A DNA stretch of 54,998 bases, from the IMG/VR virus record IMGVR_UViG_3300030376_004186, positions 1-54,998 of that record; one strand, written 5' to 3'. Made by a program: the position numbers and the translations under genes. The stretch's first letter is position 1. Each line of letters starts with the position of its first letter. Shown here piece after piece: positions 45,315-53,806 of this stretch. The notes below the pieces were generated by a model, which did no database searches, was not told the DNA's origin, and saw only the letters and a program-made list of their open reading frames with translations. The DNA is from a virus. Its lineage: Duplodnaviria; Caudoviricetes.

Positions 45315-47741
45315 TTATCTAGGTCCAAACATAGACATATCACCAATGTTTTCTCCACCTAACACATCGTTACCAGATGATTCAAATTTTTTAGGTGGTT
45401 GGTTACCTTTTCTTTGCTCTATAAGTTCGGATTGTTGACTAGCTTGTATTCTAGTTCTTTCGTCTTTACGATCTTCTTTTTCTTTATCTTTTTGTTTAGA
45501 CATTTCAGCTTCAGTACCTCTTAACTGCATGTTATATTGAAATTCTAATTCCATTAACTGTGCTTTTATTTGTGCTTCTTGTTGTAGTTTTTGAGACTCC
45601 ATTTGAGCTTTCATTTGCTCTAATTGAGCTTCTGCTTGAGATAACGCTTGTTGTTTTTGAACTTCTAATTGAGCAGCAGCTTGTTGTGTTTCCATATTAG
45701 CTTGAGCTTGTGCCTGAATATTTTGTTGAGCGATCATTTGATCTTGCTCAGCTTTTTTCTTTCTACGTAATTTTAAAACTTGATTAGCTAGTTTTACGTT
45801 GTTTATTTGTCTAACATCTATAGCGTCTTCTAAGTTTATACTTTGTTGCTGTAAAGACATTTGAATATTGTTTTCAAGCATAGCTTTTTGCTCTTCGTCT
45901 GGTTCTAACTCAATAAATATACCAAAATCATATAAATGTAAATCAGAAATTTCTTCTAACGTGGCTACATTGTGAACTCCTATAGCTTGTATAAAAGCAT
46001 CTTTTGTTGGTGAGTATTCTATAATATCAGATATTCTTAAAGACAAACACTCAGCTGTTTCTGCTGTTAAAAATAATCCAGCGTTTAATATATGTCTTGT
46101 TGCTGTGTTTGAATTAGCTGCTGCCATTTTTTGAACACCTACTAAAGCTCTTTCATCTGGCGTACTACCGTCTCTAGCTTCGTTTAATCCGGTTACATCT
46201 CTAATCATTTGTAAGTAATAATTATAATTACCTATAAGAGCTTGCATTTTATTACCACCGCTACCAGAAGTTATTTCTTGAATAGGCACTTTACCAGGAT
46301 TCATATCACCTTCAGAAGTGAAACTTCGCCCTATAACGCTACCTGTTTGGAAAAACATATTTAAAGCTTCTTGTGGATTGTAGTTCGTGCCATTACCTAA
46401 ATCTACTTCAGCAAGCCCATCAGCGTCTAGATACACACCATCAGGTACCATACGCGACATCACTTGCTGTAGTTTTAAATGAGTTAGTTGAATCATATCC
46501 GCGAATCCTGTAATACGTTGTACTAAAGACTCTATTTTTCCTTTGTACATCCTAGGTGCTACTATAGAATAATTCATTTTTACTTTAGTAAAATCACTTT
46601 TAGGACGCAACATATTTTTTGCCATTTCCCATTTAAGTAATTTTTCCGTACCAAGAACCATAGCTCCTTCATAAAGACACTCTATAGATCTATGTAATCT
46701 TTCGTATCCACCTTCTTTATCAGCAGGCGGATTAAACGTGTCATCTTTTTCTATTGCTTTTAAAGCTCCAGATCCAGTTTCCTTCATCTTATATACCTCA
46801 TTCATATAACTTTTAAAGTTAAAATAAAGTATTTGAACGGAATTATTATCTATTTCTCTAGAAGTAGAAACGTTATAATGGTTATTAGAATGTGTAGCTT
46901 TGTTTTTTACTATGTCTTCTAGATCACTTTGTGTTAAATGTGGAAATTGTTTAGCTAACTCATTTACTGGAATAGTTTTAACTTCTCCTACGTAATATAT
47001 ATCGTCAAAATATGGTGATTCGGTATAAGAGTATACTAAATCAGCTGGGTCAACATAATCTATAACTACTCCTTCAGAAGTGTTAAATCCTGTTTTTACA
47101 GCACCAATACCTAGTACTGTTAAATCTCTATAAAATCTTTTCTTTATTAACTCATAGTTATTTCCATCCATCAAAACGTTTATAGCTTGCTCTTCAGCTA
47201 TTTCAATAGACTGTTTATAAGTCAATTGCATGTGTAGTTCTAATTCTTCTTGTGACTCTGGTAGTGTCTCTGGATCGTTTTCGTACAAATTAACACCAAA
47301 TGCTTGTTGAGCGAAATCATTCATTTCTCGCGTTTGCATGTCCCCAAGTATAGATTCCATGTATTCTGTTCTTTTAGCTACACCATAAGGATCTTGTGAA
47401 TAAGCTTTTACATCGTACATTCTTTCTGCGATACCATTAACTACTATATCTACAAATTTAGGTATAATTGGAACTGGAGTCCAATCTAAATTAAGATATG
47501 ACAAATCACCGTTTATAGATAACTCATCTTTATATTTTTTTATTGATTGATTTCCACTAGCGTATAATCTCAAATTGTGGAAATTATTTTGATTAGTAGT
47601 ATATCTTGTGTGTCCACGATCTTGATAAAACCATTCAGTTTCAATAGCTTTAGCTACTTTTAAACCGTAGTCATAACTTAACTTTTCAGCGTCACTCACA
47701 ACTTGACTAGGGAAATAATTATTTACAACAGACTCTGCCAT
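45315..47741 (-). CDS. Portal protein
   Basis: 808 aa directly after terminase; 'PIIPKFVDIVVNG', 'IRDVTGLNEARDG', long Q-rich C-terminal coiled coil. Confidence 0.85.
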   Translation of the reverse strand: MAESVVNNYFPSQVVSDAEKLSYDYGLKVAKAIETEWFYQDRGHTRYTTNQNNFHNLRLYASGNQSIKKYKDELSINGDLSYLNLDWTPVPIIPKFVDIVVNGIAERMYDVKAYSQDPYGVAKRTEYMESILGDMQTREMNDFAQQAFGVNLYENDPETLPESQEELELHMQLTYKQSIEIAEEQAINVLMDGNNYELIKKRFYRDLTVLGIGAVKTGFNTSEGVVIDYVDPADLVYSYTESPYFDDIYYVGEVKTIPVNELAKQFPHLTQSDLEDIVKNKATHSNNHYNVSTSREIDNNSVQILYFNFKSYMNEVYKMKETGSGALKAIEKDDTFNPPADKEGGYERLHRSIECLYEGAMVLGTEKLLKWEMAKNMLRPKSDFTKVKMNYSIVAPRMYKGKIESLVQRITGFADMIQLTHLKLQQVMSRMVPDGVYLDADGLAEVDLGNGTNYNPQEALNMFFQTGSVIGRSFTSEGDMNPGKVPIQEITSGSGGNKMQALIGNYNYYLQMIRDVTGLNEARDGSTPDERALVGVQKMAAANSNTATRHILNAGLFLTAETAECLSLRISDIIEYSPTKDAFIQAIGVHNVATLEEISDLHLYDFGIFIELEPDEEQKAMLENNIQMSLQQQSINLEDAIDVRQINNVKLANQVLKLRRKKKAEQDQMIAQQNIQAQAQANMETQQAAAQLEVQKQQALSQAEAQLEQMKAQMESQKLQQEAQIKAQLMELEFQYNMQLRGTEAEMSKQKDKEKEDRKDERTRIQASQQSELIEQRKGNQPPKKFESSGNDVLGGENIGDMSMFGPR

Positions 47742-47744
47742 ATT

Positions 47745-49958
47745 TTACTTTATTATTTTTGATGCGTTTCCAGTATTAGTATACCTCGCAATGTTTATGT
47801 TTAATTTTTGTTTCTCAATTTTAGCGTTTGGTCTATATAAATGTCTATTACAAGCCATTATTGCTAAACCACTACTTATAGTAGCGTCAAACTTTGTTCT
47901 TTTTGTTATATCAAATCTACTCCAATCATTTAATGTTTCGTTAAAATATATGTTTCCATAATTTCCATCACCTAAATGACCAACGTGACTTTGTATATAC
48001 ATTTCAATAGCAGCTGCGTGAGCCTGCTTAATATCTTCACTTGAATTAGGTATACCACCTATTTCTTTTTCTGTTACAGATAGTTTGTTCCATAGTTTAT
48101 CTGGTCTATTCATAGAATAACCTCTATAACCTCTTCTTCTTAAATGATACAACAACCTAGGTTTGTTGTTCTCACAGAGAAGTGGCATTCCATAAAAAAC
48201 TAATGCCATTAATACGTCTTCAAAAAATATCTCAGCGGTTGGAGGTCTTGCTACATATTCTAAAAACATATGATTAGGTGGACAGTCTTCCATTGAAAAT
48301 TTAGTTAATCCGTGTAAAGCTCCGTTAGATCCTTTTCCATCTACAGTTCCTGATATATCGTAACTGTCACAACCAAAAGCACCCATGTGTTCATTTGCAG
48401 GATACTTTATATTATTTTTCATAATAATTTTATTCTGCATATGAGACGGTGGAAACCAACTAACTTTAAATCTACCCTTTGGATCTGGATAAAATATAAC
48501 TTGCGTATCTTTAACTCCGTTTACCCATTGAAAATTACCAACTGATAAAACTGCTGAACTACCTATACCTTCGTTGTAATCTATTTGTTCGTATATTTTA
48601 GCTAAATTAAATATACTGTTTTTAGCTTCATCTCTAAACGCGTGTTCTGTAGTTCTTGGAAACTGTCTATAAAATTCGTTTAATCCATCTTGATCAGATT
48701 TTAAACCCTCTACTTCGTTTTCCCAATGTTCTATTATACCTACGTCTATTAATTCGCCATCTGGTCCGAGCACTTCATAATCTGGATTATCGAAGACTGG
48801 ATGTCCGTATTCGTCAATAAATCCTTCGTAGTTCCATTCCATTGGGATAAACAAAGAATATAAGCCAGACTTTGTTTGGCCATTTCTATTTCTTTGTGTG
48901 ACATCTGATGCGTTGTATAGTTTTTTAAAATTGTCTCCACCCTTGTTTAATGCATTTGAAGTAGAGCCCATCATACATTTACCAACTATTCTACTACCTA
49001 ATCGTAAACATGTTTTTGTAACCCTCCAGTTATTTAATATGTTATCAGGTTTTTCCCATTTACCACTCTCATCATGTACTAATAGATTTAGTTTTTCACC
49101 ATCATAACTATTATCTCCAGTGTTTTTCCAATCTATAGTTGTATCTAATCCTTTAATATCTTCGAGTTGTTCGTTCGCTGTAATCTTCTTTCTCGTAAAT
49201 TTACTAGCGGGTACACGATAAGCCAACTCGGATTTTGGACGATCCATTCCATCTTGTATAGGTTTAAAAAAGAACGGGTAGTTAATTGATATAGGAACAA
49301 CTTTATCTGTAAACATTTTTTTCGCATCTGCACCTGATTTAGATAATATACCATATCTACTATCACTCGATATAGTGGCTAAGTTAACTGTTTCAGCAGA
49401 CGACATGAAAGAAAAACCAGATCTACGGTTTTTAAGATAACACATACCGTAACATCTTTTATCTGCTTTACACGCTTCCCAAAATATATAGAATAACCTA
49501 TTTGCCTCTCTATAATCTGGAGCTCCAACGTCAATTTTACTCCATTGTAAATACATATAGTGCGTACCAGTTATCCAGGTTGGTTTACCATTATTCATAA
49601 ACCAGAAACCTTCTTCTCGACGTTTAAACTCCTCGTCTATGTAATCGTACCATTTTTCTTTATTGCTTTCCGGATAACTCCTCCAATCGAATATGTTTTT
49701 GATACGTTCTAACTCCTTGGGATACTCTTGTTTCGCCCATTTGTTTTTCTCGTGCTTATATACTTCTTTAGGTGGTTTAGGTAGCGCTATAATTAAATTT
49801 TGTATTTCTATAATATCACCTATAACTCCATTGTGAGACAATACAATTAAGTCGTATTCTTTGTTGTAACCATATTTCCACTTCTTACCTCTGTTCATTC
49901 TGGTAATAGTAGTCTTTTTTATAGGTTCTACTTTATTAACTAAACTTTGCTTGTACAT
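47745..49958 (-). CDS. terL: Terminase large subunit
   Basis: Walker A-like 'KNRRSGFS', Walker B 'LLVHDESGKW', 'MGST', nuclease 'FGCDSYD'. Confidence 0.9.
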   Translation of the reverse strand: MYKQSLVNKVEPIKKTTITRMNRGKKWKYGYNKEYDLIVLSHNGVIGDIIEIQNLIIALPKPPKEVYKHEKNKWAKQEYPKELERIKNIFDWRSYPESNKEKWYDYIDEEFKRREEGFWFMNNGKPTWITGTHYMYLQWSKIDVGAPDYREANRLFYIFWEACKADKRCYGMCYLKNRRSGFSFMSSAETVNLATISSDSRYGILSKSGADAKKMFTDKVVPISINYPFFFKPIQDGMDRPKSELAYRVPASKFTRKKITANEQLEDIKGLDTTIDWKNTGDNSYDGEKLNLLVHDESGKWEKPDNILNNWRVTKTCLRLGSRIVGKCMMGSTSNALNKGGDNFKKLYNASDVTQRNRNGQTKSGLYSLFIPMEWNYEGFIDEYGHPVFDNPDYEVLGPDGELIDVGIIEHWENEVEGLKSDQDGLNEFYRQFPRTTEHAFRDEAKNSIFNLAKIYEQIDYNEGIGSSAVLSVGNFQWVNGVKDTQVIFYPDPKGRFKVSWFPPSHMQNKIIMKNNIKYPANEHMGAFGCDSYDISGTVDGKGSNGALHGLTKFSMEDCPPNHMFLEYVARPPTAEIFFEDVLMALVFYGMPLLCENNKPRLLYHLRRRGYRGYSMNRPDKLWNKLSVTEKEIGGIPNSSEDIKQAHAAAIEMYIQSHVGHLGDGNYGNIYFNETLNDWSRFDITKRTKFDATISSGLAIMACNRHLYRPNAKIEKQKLNINIARYTNTGNASKIIK

Positions 49959-50233
49959 TACTTAGATCTACCTTCTGCGAATCCTTTAAAGACTTTTTCC
50001 TTTCTCTCTTCAGGTGCTTTGCCCTCAAGCAAGTTTTCTTCTTCTTGGATTCTTGTGAGTATTTCAAATGCGTCAAATATAGCTAGTTTTTTAGTAGCCG
50101 CGGCATTTTTTAATCTATCTGCTGATATATCGTCGTCTGAATCTACAATCGGTTCTTTAGCGACTTTAATCAGTTCTTCAACTGCTTTCTGCCCAGCTTG
50201 GATTATATTCTTCTTCGTTTCCTTGGTATTCAT
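49958..50233 (-). CDS. Helical protein, possible terminase small subunit
   Basis: 91 aa, coupled to terL by TAATG; the call rests on position. Confidence 0.5.
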   Translation of the reverse strand: MNTKETKKNIIQAGQKAVEELIKVAKEPIVDSDDDISADRLKNAAATKKLAIFDAFEILTRIQEEENLLEGKAPEERKEKVFKGFAEGRSK

Positions 50234-50768
50234 ATTTAATTGTAATAAATTGGGTCATAACTCTATATAATCTTTTACTATCGATTATAAATTCATAGGT
50301 AGAAAAAGGTGTGAATCCTACTAAATTACCCTCCTTAAAACTACCATCAGTGTATACAATTTTACCTACACAAGGTTTTTCTACGTCTTCTGTAAGATAA
50401 TTTGTATCTTTTATAGGTTGTACGAAACAATATCCTTTTACTGCCTTCCATCTCCAATATCTTTTGTATAAGAATATTTGATCTTCTTTTACTAGATAAG
50501 TGTTTTCGTCAAAATAACTTCTACTATTTTTTTCTTTACCTCTAACGTCGTGCCAACGTCTAAAAACGTTATGATGTGTTATAATAGTATCTCCAGGTTT
50601 TATTTCTGTTTCAAAAGCCGTAGGAACAGATTTAACAATAGCTTCTCTATTTACAAATTGATGGTTATAAACTTCAGTGTTTAAAATAAGATCTTTATCT
50701 CCAACTTTAGTGGTATTGTTGTATCTATTCCCTTTTGGCTCTATAACAAAGTCAAAAGGCGCTTTCAT
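50178..50768 (-). CDS. Tandem GroES-like-fold protein
   Basis: Two units resembling GroES: 'FVIEPK...AIVKSVP...IKPGDTII' and 'YCFVQPI...GKIVY...KEGNLVGF'. Confidence 0.5.
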   Translation of the reverse strand: MKAPFDFVIEPKGNRYNNTTKVGDKDLILNTEVYNHQFVNREAIVKSVPTAFETEIKPGDTIITHHNVFRRWHDVRGKEKNSRSYFDENTYLVKEDQIFLYKRYWRWKAVKGYCFVQPIKDTNYLTEDVEKPCVGKIVYTDGSFKEGNLVGFTPFSTYEFIIDSKRLYRVMTQFITIKYEYQGNEEEYNPSWAESS

Positions 50769-50989
50769 TAATACTGTAGATTATACTCTATAGACACGGC
50801 CATGTTTTTATTAAAGTCTTTCCATGGTAGTACATCTTTATTTTTCTTAATATAAATAGAATATTTTTCTTTTTCTTCTATTATATCGCAAATAGTGTGT
50901 CCGCCATACACTTCTTGACCAACAGAATAATGCATAGCGTTTTCTTTATAATCTTTACCTACGGTAATTTTTCTAATCAGTTTTGACAT
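50768..50989 (-). CDS. Hypothetical protein
   Basis: 73-aa ORF, tightly packed between neighbours. Confidence 0.65.
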   Translation of the reverse strand: MSKLIRKITVGKDYKENAMHYSVGQEVYGGHTICDIIEEKEKYSIYIKKNKDVLPWKDFNKNMAVSIEYNLQY

Positions 50990-51260
50990 CTTTCTTGTGG
51001 TTTATAGTACCATCTTGTATATCAATATCAGATGTACCGTAAGTCTTTTCAAATCCAACTTGCATTTCACTTAATTTTTCTTGTAATGTAGCTACGTGAT
51101 GTAAAAGGTTATGTTTCTTACTTTCAAAACTTCCAATTTCTAGTTGTGCTCTATTGATGTTGTTTATTACTGATTGTACTTGATTTAATTCTTCGTTTGT
51201 AATTTTAGAAGGTTTTTCAGCCTTCAACTCCTTTATTTTCTTGTTTGTGTTCTTTGCCAT
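50973..51260 (-). CDS. Coiled-coil hypothetical protein
   Basis: 95 aa, long helix followed by 'YGTSDIDIQDGTI'. Confidence 0.65.
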   Translation of the reverse strand: MAKNTNKKIKELKAEKPSKITNEELNQVQSVINNINRAQLEIGSFESKKHNLLHHVATLQEKLSEMQVGFEKTYGTSDIDIQDGTINHKKDVKTD

Positions 51261-51285
51261 TTTATTTAATTTAAGTTAATTATTT

Positions 51286-51621
51286 TTATTCGTTTGCAAA
51301 ATATAAGAACGCCGCCCCGTCGTCTAACGTACAAGCGGACCATCTTCCATATATCCATTGTCCAGCTGGAAAATTATCGGCTTCAGCTATAGCTTCTGCG
51401 TTAACCCCATTTCCAGTAGCCGCAGCTGTTACAGTTGTTCCAATATGATATGTGTTACTTCCCGTATCATTTGCAGGTGTCAAAGTTGTAAAACTAGTAT
51501 TAGCTGCTACTACATTAATAGCTACTATTACTTTTCCCGTTGGTGCTACGTAAACACCAGTATCGTCTAAATAAGTCCCACCGCCTTGACCTATGTCTAT
51601 TTGGTTTATGTTAATTGCCAT
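51286..51621 (-). CDS. Small beta-rich protein, possibly virion decoration
   Basis: 111 aa, A/T/G-rich, 'FPAGQWIYGRW'. Confidence 0.6.
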   Translation of the reverse strand: MAININQIDIGQGGGTYLDDTGVYVAPTGKVIVAINVVAANTSFTTLTPANDTGSNTYHIGTTVTAAATGNGVNAEAIAEADNFPAGQWIYGRWSACTLDDGAAFLYFANE

Positions 51622-51622
51622 T

Positions 51623-52015
51623 TTATTTTTTTACTTTTTCTAGTGATCTACCACCGAAGTAAGCACCGATCACAGTTATTAATACTAATTGTAATAAGTC
51701 TACCCAAGTATCTTTTACCTCAAAAGCTAAAACACCAGCATCGATAAATATCATCAATACTGTTGATATAACTAGAAATATAAGAACCAGTGGTCTTATG
51801 TTTTTTGATAACCAAGAGTCTGAATTCATATCCATACCCCATCTGTTAGAAACCTCTTTTTGCATTTGAGCTTCGTAACCCATTATCATATCTTTAATTT
51901 TCTTTTCAGCTTCAAGCTTTTCTTCTTTAGAAGTGTGTAAGTTATCTATAACACCACCTACACCTTTTACTAAATCAGTAGCTCCACTTGAAAATATTTT
52001 TCCTAATATATTCAT
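51623..52015 (-). CDS. Holin (GTA 3TM-holin-like)
   Basis: 'RW..DM.SDSWLSKNIRP', two hydrophobic helices, 'AYFGGRSLEK'. Confidence 0.75.
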   Translation of the reverse strand: MNILGKIFSSGATDLVKGVGGVIDNLHTSKEEKLEAEKKIKDMIMGYEAQMQKEVSNRWGMDMNSDSWLSKNIRPLVLIFLVISTVLMIFIDAGVLAFEVKDTWVDLLQLVLITVIGAYFGGRSLEKVKK

Positions 52016-52260
52016 TATTTTGGTTTTTTATAATAATATTTTATTGTTTTACCGTCAGCTTTGTAATTTACAAATTTACCTTTAGGTCCTATACTAGGCT
52101 TTAAATCTAATTGTCCTTCATCTATTTGAGATGTTTTAACAGCAGTACCATCAGCTTTGTAAAGCACGTCTGGAGTTTTTGTTCCTCCATGTCCAACTGC
52201 TTTTTTATCTTGTTTTAGTGGTGAGTTTCCGAAACTCATACCTCTCATTTTAAATGCCAT
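52015..52260 (-). CDS. Small basic protein with MAFKM...SPLKQ N-terminus
   Basis: 81 aa, Lys-rich. Confidence 0.65.
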   Translation of the reverse strand: MAFKMRGMSFGNSPLKQDKKAVGHGGTKTPDVLYKADGTAVKTSQIDEGQLDLKPSIGPKGKFVNYKADGKTIKYYYKKPK

Positions 52261-52271
52261 AATTTGTTTTT

Positions 52272-52694
52272 TTAAATAGTTCCGTTATTAGCGTCGTCTT
52301 CCCAAGGAAAACCGGTGTCTCCAGCTTCCTTCCACTCCCCATAGATATTTATCATATCCTTACCATTTCTAGTTTCTCTTACAAACGTATCGCCGTTGTA
52401 TTTTATATAATCATCTCCATACTCTAATTTACCAACTCTCATGTCAGTAGCATGTCGCATTTCATGATTTATCACTTGTCTTTCTTCTTCGCTACCAGGT
52501 ATTATTTTATCACTAATATATATACTTCCGTCCATATTAGCTTCACCTAGTACTCCTTCTTCTAGTGATTTTCTGATAACAGGTGTTCCAGGAATAGACG
52601 CGTCACCACCAGCTTCTTTACCAAAACGCATTTTAGTTTTGATCTCTCCGCCAACAGCATAATTACCTCTATTTGTTCCTAGTTTAAATCCCAT
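52272..52694 (-). CDS. Small zincin-like metallopeptidase
   Basis: 'LGEANMDGSIYI...VINHEMRH...PWEDDA' (HExxH plus downstream E). Confidence 0.7.
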   Translation of the reverse strand: MGFKLGTNRGNYAVGGEIKTKMRFGKEAGGDASIPGTPVIRKSLEEGVLGEANMDGSIYISDKIIPGSEEERQVINHEMRHATDMRVGKLEYGDDYIKYNGDTFVRETRNGKDMINIYGEWKEAGDTGFPWEDDANNGTI

Positions 52695-52695
52695 A

Positions 52696-53108
52696 TTATC
52701 TGTCTTTATCTTTTATCATATCATCTATAGATTTATTAAAAACCTTATCTGTATATGTTTTATTATTATAAAAAACACTTCTTTCTGATGTTGGTAAATC
52801 TTCTTCACCTAACAACACTCTATATATCCTAGATATTAACTGAGAACATTTGAATGATGTTTTAAACACCGAGTATTTTATTGTTGTTCTGTTTCTGTGT
52901 CTCCAGGTTTCTATCCAACCTGCTTTTTTAAGTTTCACCCAACGGTTGTTATCCCAACTCATTGTGTAGGTACCATCCTTAAAACCTTGTCGTGTAAATC
53001 TTCCTTTACAATCTAAATAAATTAATAAGTCTTACAGGCCCACTTTCGTGTGAGCCTGTAGTACTTAAGGATATTCATTTCACGCAAATCTTGCGCGGTT
53101 AATCTCAT
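52696..53108 (-). pseudogene. Frameshifted gene for a probable winged-helix-like DNA-binding protein
   Basis: ATG 53108 gives MRLTAQDLREMNILKYYRLTRKWACKTY* (stop 53022-53024); the -1 frame continues LLIYLDCKGRFTRQGFKDGTYT into the listed 88-aa ORF. Confidence 0.65.
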
Positions 53109-53114
53109 TCAAGA

Positions 53115-53480
53115 TTAATCAGCAGCGTTAACTGTAACTACGGCAGCTGTTACGTCGTCTGAAACAAATGTACTAGTTTCAGCGTCAGATATAACAATAA
53201 CTCCGTCAGAATGAGGACCACCATTGATTGCAGCGATTATATCTTTCATTACTTTAACTTGTTTGTTAATAGTAATTGTTAATACAACCTTGTCAAAAGC
53301 GTCTGCATCCGTATCGAATTCACCTTCTAAACTTCTAAAATACATAGTGATTTCAGTCTCTGTAGTTCCCTCGTTAGTGAAACCAAGAAAAGCGTCAACA
53401 GGGTAGCACGCTACATCATGAGCAGCAGCTCCAACATCAGCAGTTGTAGCTTGTTCGTTAAACAATAAATACTTTTTCAT
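53115..53480 (-). CDS. Acidic hypothetical protein, possibly structural
   Basis: 121-aa ORF with a strong A-rich leader. Confidence 0.65.
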   Translation of the reverse strand: MKKYLLFNEQATTADVGAAAHDVACYPVDAFLGFTNEGTTETEITMYFRSLEGEFDTDADAFDKVVLTITINKQVKVMKDIIAAINGGPHSDGVIVISDAETSTFVSDDVTAAVVTVNAAD

Positions 53481-53506
53481 TTTTTGTTTTTTTTGATTAA
53501 TAATTC

Positions 53507-53550
53507 GTTTTATGTTCTAAGTTTAAGGGTTTAGGTTTGTGGTTTGGGTT
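53507..53550 (-). repeat. Seven AAC-cored units (AAACC-like) spaced 6-8 nt apart in the intergenic region after groES
   Basis: mRNA-sense AACCCAAACCACAAACCTAAACCCTTAAACTTAGAACATAAAAC. Confidence 0.55.
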
Positions 53551-53806
53551 AATCTATAAGTACCACGTCCATTTGTTTTATAACGTGGTAAAATTTATCT
53601 TTATGCTGGATTCCGTGTCCAGCGTGTTTGTCGTAGTATATCACATCGTCTTCTTTTATCCCCTCGACGATGTTACCGATTGATATTACTTTTGCTTTAG
53701 CATATCTATTATCTTCATCCGTTTGGTCCGTCAGGATCAAACCTCCTACTGTTTTCGGCTCGTCCTTTATTCTCTCTATAACGAGGTAATGATTAACTGC
53801 TTTCAT
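53549..53806 (-). CDS. groES: Co-chaperonin GroES
   Basis: 'KTVGGLIL', 'AKVISIG', 'IKEDDVIYYDKHAG'; overlaps the groEL 3' end. Confidence 0.88.
   Translation of the reverse strand: MKAVNHYLVIERIKDEPKTVGGLILTDQTDEDNRYAKAKVISIGNIVEGIKEDDVIYYDKHAGHGIQHKDKFYHVIKQMDVVLID

Noticed and set aside
53521-53550. Telomere-like GGGTTTA repeat or G-quadruplex
   Set aside because: Only one exact unit and mostly GG runs, at an internal intergenic position; kept only as a periodic tract
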